A DNA stretch of 64,000 nucleotides from Lingula anatina (lineage: Eukaryota; Animalia; Brachiopoda): the NCBI GenBank assembly GCA_051362555.1, contig CM120641.1, forward strand, positions 34,106,401 through 34,170,400, written 5' to 3'. The first letter of the stretch is position 1. Every line of letters starts with the position of its first letter. A program made the translations under genes and the position numbers. Positions 17,101-28,660 of the stretch are shown in pieces. The notes under the pieces were generated by a model. That model did not search any database, had not been told where the DNA came from, and worked only from the letters and a program-made list of their open reading frames with translations.

Positions 17101-18660
17101 GGTAGACACCTTAGGGGATCATGCTTTATTCTAAATGTAAATTTCTCGCACTTAATCATAAATGAGATACAATCTACAATATTGGAATCATCCATATATA
17201 ATTCATTTTTTGAGTGTAAGTTGTTGGACAGCCAAATTTTTCTTAAAAGTTAGATACTGTATGTTACCACAGTCAATCAATTTTAAAAGAAAAAAATCTG
17301 AAATGAAAGAATACAGTTATGTTTTGAAAGACCTATTATTCTCACAAAAAAAAGAAGGAATAAAAGTGATATATTTTTTTTTCATTATTTGAAGGAAATT
17401 CATAGTTTTTTTTCATGTAATTTTAATCAGACATAATTGTTCCTTTATGGAGGCTTTCTCTTCAGACAGAACATTTATTCAGCATATCTCAAAGCAGCAG
17501 ACTTGTGAAGAATTTTTTTTCACTTGAGAAGAGACATTTAAAAGGTTATGCAGCAGCGTCTGAATTTTTAATAGCATTTTGATAACATCAAATTTGGTGC
17601 ATAAGAAGAGAAGTAGACTATCATTATTTTTCCCTTTTTAACAGGTAAACTTCAGAATCACAAATGGGAGAATGCTATGACACTGGACCGGGTAGCCTGG
17701 GCTTATAGGCGCACAGTCAAACTGAGTGACCTGCTCTCCATGGAGGAACTGATATATGAGATAGCATCTACTGTGAGGTAGGGCATTTCATTATTCAAAA
17801 TGATTTAACTGGTAAAGATCTTAATGGCATCACCAAAAAATCAAACTTATTCCAATATTTATGGTTTTAATTCTTTTTCTGTCAGTTGTGGTGGAAACAT
17901 CTTGGTGAATGTAGGACCAACTGCATGGGGCACCATAGTTCCAATATTTGAGCAAAAGTTACGTCAGATGGGAGAGTGGCTGAAAGTGAATGGAGAAGCC
18001 ATCTATAGTACAAAGCCATGGTCCCATCAGAATGATACTGTTACCAAGCATGTGTGGTAAGAATGGAGTTTCCACTTTTTTATATATATAATGATTGAAT
18101 TAACAGAATAATGTGGTCCATTAGAATCCAAAGCCTTTGGAAAAACGTTTTTCTTTTAATTTCTATTTTCAGCTTTATCAATTTTATTTATTATCTCATA
18201 TGTCAATGCTTTTATATGACTAGTGTATTTTTGATGTAGTTGTCTGATATACATGATTATTAAAAGGTGATAAACAGTAACAAAATCAAAAACCTTGGAA
18301 GTCATGCCAAACCATTTTGCAGAGTAAATCAAATAGTAATCCAGATACAAATATTTTATCTTTGATAACTATTTTTCCTCCAGGTATACCTCAAAGAAAA
18401 CTGGGAATGGTACAGCAGTTTATGCCATTGTCCTGAAGTGGCCTACCACCAACACTTTGACTCTGGGTGCCCCAATCCCCACCTCTGGGACAGTGGTCAC
18501 TATGCTGGGTTATGCTGGCTCTTTTGGATTCAAGGGCATTGGTCAGCAGGGAATAACCATTCGTATACCCGTGATTCCATTTTATGAAATGCCGTGTCAG
18601 TGGGGTTGGGTGTTCAAGATGGAAGGACTGAAAAATGCTGCCTCAAAAGTGGGCTTCTAA
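14153..18660 (+). CDS. FUCA: Alpha-L-fucosidase (GH29) copy 2; exons 14153-14502, 15306-15412, 15580-15710, 16234-16364, 16877-16977, 17645-17777, 17886-18056, 18384-18660 (466 aa)
   Basis: Exon sizes and phases are identical to copy 1 and the ORF is intact. It reads [10 protein letters not shown] instead of [10 protein letters not shown]. Confidence 0.96.
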
Positions 18661-19006
18661 ATTTGTAACAGCTCACATGAAGAAATATATTTAGGACTTT
18701 TCTCGGGAAATTGGTCAATCCATGAGTTAGAGTCCCTGTTCCACTAAGTTTTGCATTTAACAAAATAAGTCTAAATGTGAGTTAAAGTTAAATCCATTTT
18801 TTGGACTTGACAGGGATTATTTCATTTTGTGAGCATATCTAAAATTGAGATTTACATTAAGTTTGGTTGTCCTGATTAATACTTGTTATTTGAAAAATTA
18901 TAGGAAAAGCCTGTTTTTTTTTCTAAATTTACTTTAGATATCTTACTTATTTATCAATTACTTTTATAATTAAGACAATCTTTTTGTGTAGTTCAGATTA
19001 TACTAA

Positions 19007-19011
<5 letters not shown>

Positions 19012-19092
<81 letters not shown>
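19012..19092. repeat. (TA)n microsatellite between two copies of a local ~170 bp duplication
   Basis: Direct reading. aaaattgagatttaca... occurs at ~18841 and ~19092. Confidence 0.95.
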
Positions 19093-19097
<5 letters not shown>

Positions 19098-19872
19098 GAG
19101 ATTTACAGTAAGTCTCATTGTGCTGTTTAATACTTGTTACATTAAGTGCATTTTATTATTTTTTTTACATATTATGTCTTCATGTTTTTATTATGTTAAC
19201 TTAAATTAGAAATTTATAATTAAAAATATGTTTTTGTATAGTTTGAATTGTACTAATGTGTACTACTTACATATTTTTGGTAGGATTTGGGGAAATAAAT
19301 TTTTCTTTTCTTTTATGTAAAGATGATAAAAAGTATATACCTTTTAAGGGACTTAACTTTGAGGCACGACATTTTACCTTTCAGTGAGGGGCCTTGATCA
19401 TATTTGTATGGATGTTTTCAGGTGTGCACTTCTAAGTAGATCTTCCTCTATCTGCCCTCCCTGCCCCCCTCCCCCCACCAAAAAAAAAAAATAATAATAA
19501 TAAAAAATAATAATAATAATAAGAGAAGATGAACAAATAAATTGCTGATTATTATGGTGAATATTATTTTGATATTTTCATGAAATCTCTACTTGGGTAC
19601 ATGATTTTCACATATGGCAGGCAATATTGGTATGTGTGCAATTTTTTGTAGGAAGCAATCTTTATTTTACATTCCTTCGGTGTCCTTGACTGTGATGTTC
19701 TGTGATGAAATGCATCTCTGAGAATTACAGTTAGCTTATCTGAATAATATATTTTAGGTTTCTGCAACCCATTTTGTGATAATGTATTAATTACAAAAGG
19801 TTGTGTATATCAAAAATTAACCAAACATAAGTGAACATTCCTGAACAGTATTTTTATACAAAATTTCTTGGC

Positions 19873-19920
<48 letters not shown>

Positions 19921-21393
19921 ATAAGTAAATTTATGTTGTTATGTTGTTTATATATGTGTAACAGTTTTGCTTTGTGTAATGTCTATTAAAACAATAATTT
20001 TTGAAAAGTGGTTTCCAAAAAATTATTTCACTTATTTTTCTTTTTATGTAATTCACATTTTAGACTTATATCTTTAATATTTTGGTAAATATCTAACCAG
20101 GTGTATTAAAAGGGGATAAAAGGTATATTAAAATGTTCAAGTGTACTAAAGAGTATTGAGAATTGTTTGCTTGTCACACATTACTGTGTTATGTGTTATT
20201 TCTTAAAATAACAATTCACAGATTTTGATACAAAAATTATCCAGGATGTTATTCTGATATCTTCAGCAATTTTCTTGTACTAGTACTTCAAAACAGCTTT
20301 GTAAGCCTACCAACCATTTAACCCATTTGAATATACGTACATGTAGATGTCCTTTTATTGGAACTTTTTTCTTGAATTAATTTTAGACAATTGATTGGTA
20401 GAATTTTTTTAGATTCACTTGCAATATTTCGGTTAAAGTAATTATATGAGTACATGAAACAATACATGGTAAAATATGTAACAGACTTTAGTACCAATAT
20501 TGTAATTGTTAATTTGACAATAAGGAAAATAAATGCTCTTTGCTTTGAAACATACATTTGTGAAAATAATTATTCATACCGTTTGTGTTTCTGTATTACC
20601 AAATAACGGTTCTTTAATAAGTTATTTTGGCTTAAGGAATTTAAAACATTTGATCTAAGTCTTTTATACACACATATCCCAAAAGGCAGTCCACTTGACA
20701 AGCCGCTAGATGTCACCACCTCACAGTCTACCAGTGCCAACAAAAATTATGTAGGTCAACATTATGTTGGCGAGATATTGGCGATTACTCACTGGAATTT
20801 CCATAACGAAACGGGCGTGCATACTACTAGCTCTTGCTGTTATGGTATATAGTGGTGAGTTTATGTATTTACTTTATATCTATGTAGAATTATCACTTAA
20901 AATCCAGGCTTATCAGACCTTTGGTGGTTGGTGAACGACGCACTGACGTGCGTTAACAGTTGAACGGTAAACGCTTGTAGACTTGGGTCTACCACTACCA
21001 GAAAATGTTATTACCACATTGATAATGATAACATCTAAGATGTAAGATCGATCGTAGCGTGCTTTATTAGCTCAGCAAATGTCATAACTCAGAAATATGG
21101 TAGAATATACCCCCCAGTAGTAACGTGTTACACATGATAATAACATTGTTACATGATAGCCTACACAAACTATACTCGGAAGTAATACTGGTATAATGGA
21201 GTTGGTTTACTTGGAAGTGAAATAACCTCCGCTTTCGTTATTCTTGAATCAGTGGCGTGATTTTTTTAATAAATCAAATGGGAGATCAGGACCCCCTGAC
21301 ACCCCTCTAAATCCACTACTGATGACTACATGTACTAGTATTTTGCCCTTTCATTTAATTTTTATTGCAGATGCCACTTAGTGAAAGTCTACC

Positions 21394-24300
21394 ATGGCAT
21401 CCCTAACTTCCAAGAAAACTATGGGAACTGAAGAGATTGACAAGGAGATACAGGTATGGTACATGTATAATTTATGATATGACATTTTGCAATTTTTACT
21501 TGCCAGTGATTGTGTAGATCCCTATAACATTGGTCTTTGGGCCAAGCTAGCTAAACAAACTAAGTATTTTAGGATGTGTATGTGTTGTGGCGGGGGGGGG
21601 GGGGGGGGTCTGCGTCTGAATTTGATAATGTATCATCATCATCATCAATGCTCTTCGTCCCGTGTGGGACATAAGGCCACAGTCACTTCTTTCCATTTGG
21701 CCCTGTCTCTGGCTACGTGCTGGGCCTGTCCCCGTGTAAGGTCTCCCTCCCTCAGTTCTGCCATCACTGTTTGGCGCCAGGTGGTCTTGGGGCTTCCTCT
21801 CTTTCTTTTTCCAGGTGGTGTCCATCTGAAAGCTACCTTTGGTACTCGGTTCTCGTCCATCCTAAGTACTAAGTATCAATATTTATTCTTGATAATGTAT
21901 GAATAAATATTAATCCCCAATTTGCATATATTACAAAAAATTGATGAAGTATTTACTACTTCTGGATTTTGTTTCTAAACTTTGCTAAATGTGGTTATTC
22001 CAGGCCCTTGCTCATAACTATACACAGCGGTTCTGCAACTGCTTTGAAGACATTTGTCAAGAAGGGGAATTAGTCCAGATCTACAAAAGTAGCTTTCACG
22101 GACACAAGGAAAGATTTGAAGAATTTTTGAACAAAACAGAAGGCTTATTGATAACCTTGCAAGCTCTGGTAAGTTCCTTATTATTATTAAGCTGTTTTTT
22201 TTAAAGATAATGATAAAACTGGAGCAGAATTCTCCCTGTTTTAATAGTTGGGGGTATTTTACATTTTAATATGCACTGGTCTTAAATTAGTTTGAATTTT
22301 TCATTTTCTTTGGTAGAAGTTTCCAGTACTGAAGAATGGAAAACAAGTTGTTCACTTTGTAACTCCAAGAGATGAACTGAAGAAAGGAGAAATGTATTAT
22401 CAGGTATAATGTAGCCAATTAATATTACTAGTAACTGACTTTTTGACACTTTGTGGAATGAAATTTGCTGTCTGTATATGCATTAAGGGTTCCAAGCTGT
22501 GCACTTATATTCATGTGTTTTCATACTTATAATTTCTCACAAGATTACCTCACTTTATTTTATGTGACCTAGGCCATGTATAGTTGATTGCAACATTGTT
22601 GTGGTTCATGTTTTAAGAATGCCTGGTCTTTCATTCATTCTTCCATCTATCTATCAATCCATCTATATAGACTGTTTGACAGAGTCAACATAAACCCTGT
22701 TCCAATACTTAGATCAATCTAGCAGGATTGACCAATCTCCGGGGGGGGGGGGGGGGGGTCTCTCACTAAATTGCATTCAGCATAAGTGGCTCTGATGTCT
22801 AGCTGAAGCTGCTAAACAGTAGTTAATTACCCCATAACAGATGGGTCAGTCCTGCTAGATCAATCTAGGTATTGGAATGGAGTCATAGCTTGCTTTCACT
22901 TTCTAGATTGGCCGCACCACTCCCGGCACATTGTCTTTGAAATTCTCCAAGGCAGTGGATGAGTCGAAGTCACAGCCTCAGGTGTCCCAGGTGGAGGCCA
23001 GTGACATGCACAGGGCCTATACTCCAGGATATTTCCAGGAACTACGGGATTTTGCTAGGAAACACCACCATCCATACTCAGATGTGTTATTTCGACAGTG
23101 CCTGGTTTGGGACTCTGACCTTGACCAGTTGGTGCCCCTGTCCACTGATAGGCTGGAGCCCAAGCAAAACCTGTTAACTGTAAGTCTGTAAATGTTGCTT
23201 TTTTAAATCTAACATTTTTTTGCAGGAAAAAAAATATTTTTTTCTGTTTGTATGTTTATTTAATGTCTTATATTTGTGATAAATGGAAATCTTTGATGAC
23301 TTATGTTTTTTTAATCAAGTGTTATACTATACACAACTTATGAAGAGTAGGTTTTAGATAAACTCTGGCTGAAATTATGACATATTTTACAGTCAAATGT
23401 ATAGTTCATTAAATAAGAATAATGACCACAAGTCAAAGTAGTATTTCTATTAATTTATTTCTTTACTCAGCATTTGCAGTACAAATTTAAGATGTCTAAG
23501 ACCCCATTCCCATACCTAGATCAATCTAGCGGGATCGACCCATCTCCAGAGGGATTCTTGCTAAATTGCATTCGGCTTAAGCACCTTAGATGTCTGGCAT
23601 GACTATTGAAACTGCTAAACGATAGTTTAATACCCCCTAACAGCTACAGTAAGCATGCCAGACATTAGAGCTGCTTAAGCCGAATGAAATTTAGCAAGAA
23701 ATCCTTTGGAGATGGGTCGATCTTGCTAGATCGATCTAGGTATGGGAACTGTCTCTAATATATAAAAATGCAATGAATATGGATTGTGAATTGTTTTTTG
23801 CTTGTTTTTTTAATCAGAAAGCAAAAGCACACAGTGTAGGATCTGAGTATGCTCAAAGGATTAAACTTGAGATTGAAGTGAAAGAAGGAAGATCGAGGTC
23901 CTTCAAGGAAACAGGTGAAAAATGTTGCCATTTAGTCATTGTTAAGTGATCAAAATGTACACGCAGTTGTTTACCTATGGTTTACATAAATCCCACATGT
24001 ACTTAGAAATAATGCCTTTTTTTCATTTAGAAATGAATAAATGGTAGCAATGACAATTTAGAGAAAAATATAATTTATTGTGATGTGTCAAACTGGAAAA
24101 ATGTCAACATATAGTTGTAGTTAATGGCATACGGATGTGTTACACTTCAGAATTTCATGCCAAAATGACTTTTCCATGAAACTAATCAGTGATTATCGAT
24201 ACAATGTAGGATAATTTATGGCATCGGCCTTTGTGTTTTGTTGTAATTTTTAGTTATGAACTGTTTTCTGTAGTATTATCAGTGGAGTTTTATTTTTAAC

Positions 24301-25776
24301 ATGCATTTATTTAACCCTACTAGGCACAGCTAGGGCGGAAAAATCTTCAAACCAGGTATGTGCCAAATGGGTGCATGGTTTAAGGTCAAGATCATGATTT
24401 AAGATGATATATGAAAAGGAAGTTAAATTTAAATTGTAAATGTATTTACAACCATTTGAATGTTTTATTTTGTGCACAATATCTGCTGTATGATTTAGTT
24501 GAACAAAGACCTTTTTTTGAGGCTAGTGAAAAATTCTCAAGCATAATAGAGATGCATGTTTTATACAATTAACTAAGCTTTCATCTTGAAAAATTAGGTT
24601 TCTAAGAAGTCCAAAGCAGGCCTCATCAGGACTAAAGGTAAAAATGTTGTGCAGCCTCATCTCCCAGTTGAGGAATCTAATAAGCCAGTCACAGGTTTTC
24701 CTCAAGAGGTCTCTACAAGTGGCAGAGCAACTACATTAGTCTCGGGAGTGACTCCTCAAGAAGCTGTTGAAGGTGAAGGGAAAGACAGTCTTACTCTTTT
24801 ACGTCATGACTCTCAAAATGTGGCCCTAGCTGAGAGTGGAGAACCTGTAACAAAAACTGACGTGCAAGTGCTTCAGACAGCAAGGAAAGAAAATACAGAG
24901 CCAAAAGAACTTGTCTCAGTATCTGATCGGTTTATATCTGTGAACCATACAGAAGATAAAAGTGACTTGCAGGTGCAGTATACTGATGACAAAAGCAAAG
25001 AGAGTGGCATGTCAGTTGATGCTTCCCAAGACAGAGATAAAACTCTGCTCAAATCTCCTTACAGTCTTGCATCAACAGAATCCAAAAATTTCATGGGTGA
25101 ATCTGACATAGAAGAATCTCAAGATTCATTTAACAGTGAAACAGTTCCAAAAATGCTTGCCTATCCCAGCTCAAAAGATGCTGTGATGTCAGATTATGAT
25201 TTACAGATGACTGGCTTTCCAGATCAAACCAGGTTTGAAGATCAGGGTAAAGCACAAAATAGGTCTTACCCTACATCAAAAGATGCTGTAAAATTAAGTT
25301 TTAGTTCTGTGGATTACAAAAGTGTTGAAAGTAAAAACCCGTGCCAAAATCCCCCTTATCCCACATCTAGAGATGCTGAAAAAACTAATTGCAGTTCTTC
25401 AAATGACAAAAGTTGCAAAAATCAGGAATTGCCTCAAAACAGTTCTTACCCTACGTCAAAAGAGGCTGTGAAGTTAAGTTGCAGTTCTGCAGGAGACAAG
25501 AGTCGTGGAGATCAGAATGTTGCTCAAAACAATTCTTATCCAACATCAAAAGATGCTGTAAAATTAAATTGTGGCACTGGGGATAATGAAAATCATGAAG
25601 ATAATAATTTTCCTCAAAATAATTCATATCCAACATCAAAAGATGCCTTGGGTTCAAATAATTTAGCAAATACAGCCCCAAACCCTGGTTACCCTGCTAC
25701 CAAAGCTGCTCTTATGACTCCACAGGTTCAGAGTCGATCTCAAAATGCATACCCTACCAGCAAAGAGGCTGTTTAA
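21394..25776 (+). CDS. Uncharacterised protein, gene A (~630 aa); exons 21394-21453, 22004-22168, 22317-22403, 22907-23179, 23818-23914, 24324-24355, 24598-25776
   Basis: All junctions are GT-AG and in frame (1893 nt). Exons 3-4 are homologous to gene B (NGKQVVHF...GEMY[YF]Q/[IV]GRT[TS]PGTL[SA]LKF). Likely non-coding first exon ending near 20854 (gtgagt donor). Confidence 0.82.
21634..21887 (-). mobile_element. 5'-truncated RTE-clade LINE in the first coding intron of gene A
   Basis: Minus-strand peptide RVPKVAFRWTPPGKRKRGSPKTTWRQTV...ARDRAKWK...LCPTRDEE* is a typical RTE ORF2 C-terminus, followed by a (TGA)n tail. ttgataatgtat occurs on both flanks (candidate TSD). Confidence 0.9.
22691..22887. 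mobile_element. MITE, 'tagatcgatcta' family, internally deleted copy
   Basis: ttccaatacttagatcaatctagcagga ... tcctgctagatcaatctaggtattggaa inverted ends. Confidence 0.8.
23497..23757. mobile_element. Palindromic MITE, 'tagatcgatcta' family
   Basis: ttcccatacctagatcaatctagc...ctaaattgcattcggcttaagca is mirrored by tgcttaagccgaatgaaatttag...gctagatcgatctaggtatgggaa. Confidence 0.85.
25240..25660 (+). repeat. Coding tandem repeat with a 90-nt (30-aa) period, ~5 units
   Basis: Tyr codons of the YP(T)S[KR][DE]A motif at 25267, 25357, 25447, 25537 and 25627. Confidence 0.9.
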
Positions 25777-26149
25777 CAAATAAATCAAACATCTTGAAAG
25801 TTGGATTCAACGGCTGCCACTCCCCCTCTCCACTCTAACCCCCCCCCCCCCCCTGGAAGATCTGTAATCTGTTAATTATTGTCAATGCACGTCAATGTGT
25901 GCTTGATTATGTACATACTTGAACTGTGTGATATGTGTTTGTTAAAGCATTTAAGATATTTCTCAGTAGTTATTAAATGTAAAATTTTAGCTGGATAAAA
26001 ATATGCATGGCTGATTTTAGAGGTATACGTTCTTTGTAATGTATGAGAATCGGTAATGACAGAATTACTTGTCATTCTGCTGTAAAATATTAATTAGACT
26101 CATTGAAATGACAGTTTTAGGTTCTTGTCTTAATCTATTAAAGTAAAGT

Positions 26150-26356
26150 CCCCTTTACACTGGACGGCGTCCTTTCTGTGTCCAGCAGTACGGCCCCATT
26201 TGAAAGTTAAAAAATTATAATACTTTACGCGCCGACAACTGGCCGATCATTAAGCATTCATTCTGATACAAAACCAATGCTCCTGCCTCCTTATTAAGAC
26301 CACAGGGATGCCAAATTTCATGGTCGCAGAAAGGACGCCGTCCAGTGTAAAGGGGG
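26150..26356. mobile_element. MITE with ~28 bp TIRs downstream of (or in the 3' UTR of) gene A
   Basis: cccctttacactggacggcgtcctttctg ... cagaaaggacgccgtccagtgtaaagggg. Second copy at 60031. Confidence 0.88.
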
Positions 26357-26539
26357 TATAAGCAATTACAGTATATCTATATATACAGTAGGAGTGTTAC
26401 ATATGCATACACTGTTCAGATCTTAAACAGCTTTTTCATCACATATTTAGTGATTGTAATTACATGCTGTACATTTTGCTCATGTTTTAATTATCTAATA
26501 ATTGTGCAATAAGCTGGGCTTGTCATATCTCATTTGCAT

Positions 26540-27422
26540 TAGATATGCTTCAGAGATAGACATTTGTCACAAGCAATACAAGGAATTCCTCATAATATAT
26601 TTACTAGTATGATAAAAAATCTCTGCCACACCTGCATTTGAATAGTCGAGAAATACTGCTCTATCTTGTCGATTTGGTGAAATCATTTGTGTATATTTTT
26701 GATAAACTTCATAGAGTCCTGTTTATTACATTTGATAGCTATTCAGCAAGTGTGTATGCAAATGTGAACATGATTAATTTCCTGTTAATATTTACTGGTT
26801 TTGGAAAGGTGCCCTACATTTCATGATATTTAAGTCTTCTATATATAATATTATACACTGTCTGTGAATCAATACTCGAGTAAATTGATCCTTTGGATGG
26901 AGATTATTAAAGTGATGATACTTGCCTTATTGAAAATCTTTGAAGTGTTATACATTGTAACCTAAGTTTTGTACAACATAAATTTCAGAATGCTGGATCT
27001 ATCCATGTAAAAATTTAGTTTGTAATAATTATTTAGTGTTTTTCATTTGAGATTACAGAACAAAATTTGATTTTGTTTTTGTCGCTTTTTATGTACAAAA
27101 TAAAAGTATTCAATTAAAAAAAACATTTATTTTATGGATATTTTAAAATAAAGATTTAGGTGCTAATTTTACAAATAATACAATGGCATGTATGTGTGCA
27201 TCTGTCACAGTGAATAAAAAACCGATGAAGACAATTTTCAGCATTCTTATTGCATTATAAAAACAAAAATATTAGATTGAAAAATGTTTCTTGCAAAAAA
27301 AAAAAAAAAAAAACAAAAATTCAAGTCGATATCTACGCTGGTTTGTTGTCAGTAGTCGTGTTACAAAAGATGCCCTAGTTTTAGAGATCTTGGGTTATTT
27401 GTTTATTTAATTTATTTTTTAA

Positions 27423-27456
<34 letters not shown>

Positions 27457-28270
27457 TTGGAAATTGCTAATTTAATAAATCTTGGATGAAACCTTTTGAT
27501 ATCAACTATATTCAAACTGCAACACTGGTAATTAATCAAGATCCAACTTGACAGGCTCAAATTTCCCGTTAACTATTAACGTGACATTAAGTGTGTTGTC
27601 AAGTAACTTGTCCTGATTGGCCCTGGGTGCACTACTGTGCAAAATAATAGAATCTAGTAAGTCAAGGGCACTCAGAATTATATATATATATATAACTTAT
27701 GTTGATGCCTAGCTGGTAAACGTAGACTTTGACGCTTAAGAAAACCAACGCTTAGAGCTATGGAATTCCTTCGTTCAAAACATTAAGAATGACAAGGAAA
27801 AGTTGAATTATCTTTGAACCACCAGATTTTAAAATAAATTAAGGTGTGAAAACAAATTCCGTTAAACTTTCCCCAATTTTTTAAAAATAACTTTTTGTTT
27901 ATTTCGAACTGAATTTTATCGCAAAGTTAATTTTTTAATTTCTATTTAAACTCATATTTTACAACTTCAATTTTTGGTTGCAATGATTTTGTATAAATTT
28001 ATGACATTGATCTTTGTATTTGCAATGTTTTTACAATGCTACATTTATTTTTATAAGCAAGTCTTTGCTCTACTGGTATTTAGCAATTGTATTATTATTA
28101 ATTTTTTTTACTAGATTTTTCCCTATTAAACAGCTGTATTAATTGGGAACTTCCAACATCCAACTGGTACAGATTTATAACAAACGTGACACTGAGGCAG
28201 TTGCCAGATTTTTTTTTTTACTTAAAATGGGCGGTGATAAAATCATCTCCATAGATTGTAATCCACCAGT
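26540..28270 (+). repeat. Left copy of a diverged segmental direct repeat (partner 38986-42324)
   Basis: Collinear shared blocks: catttgtcacaagcaatacaaggaattc, aaatctctgccacacctgcat, gaatgctggatctatc, aaataatacaatgg, tgggaacttccaa(c/a)atccaactgg, ttgtaatccaccagt. Confidence 0.9.
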
Positions 28271-28378
28271 TGTTCCTAGTCGAGGCAAACCCATCCACAT
28301 TCCAATCCTAGCCTACCTGTTTCGTTCTTCAAACCGTTTCATGGACTTAGAAAAAAAATGGTTGCAAAATGGGGCTGT

Positions 28379-28660
28379 ACACAGGCCTCATATACGATAA
28401 TTGCCGTATGCTACAAGTACCAATTAATTGCCTTAGATTTGGGAGCACGAATGTCCAAATTAACAACTCCAGTACCCCAACGCAAAATTAGTAGACACGA
28501 AGACAGCGTCAGAGCGGCTGCGTGTCGGAACCTTGTGCTCGTGGCTATTAATTTTACGTTCGGTTATTCAATTCGTGGCTCGACTCTTTAATTTGGACAT
28601 TCGTGCTCACAAATCTGAGGCTCGAGTACACAAACGTCTAATCCGTTTGTGAGGCCTGTA
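28379..28660. mobile_element. Fold-back MITE
   Basis: acaggcctca ... tgaggcctgt termini, plus internal inverted arms agatttgggagcacgaatgtccaaattaa / ttaatttggacattcgtgctcacaaatct. Confidence 0.8.

Noticed and set aside
21487-21906. 139-aa plus-strand ORF with poly-Gly and poly-His
   Set aside because: Antisense of the RTE fragment plus homopolymer and microsatellite sequence.
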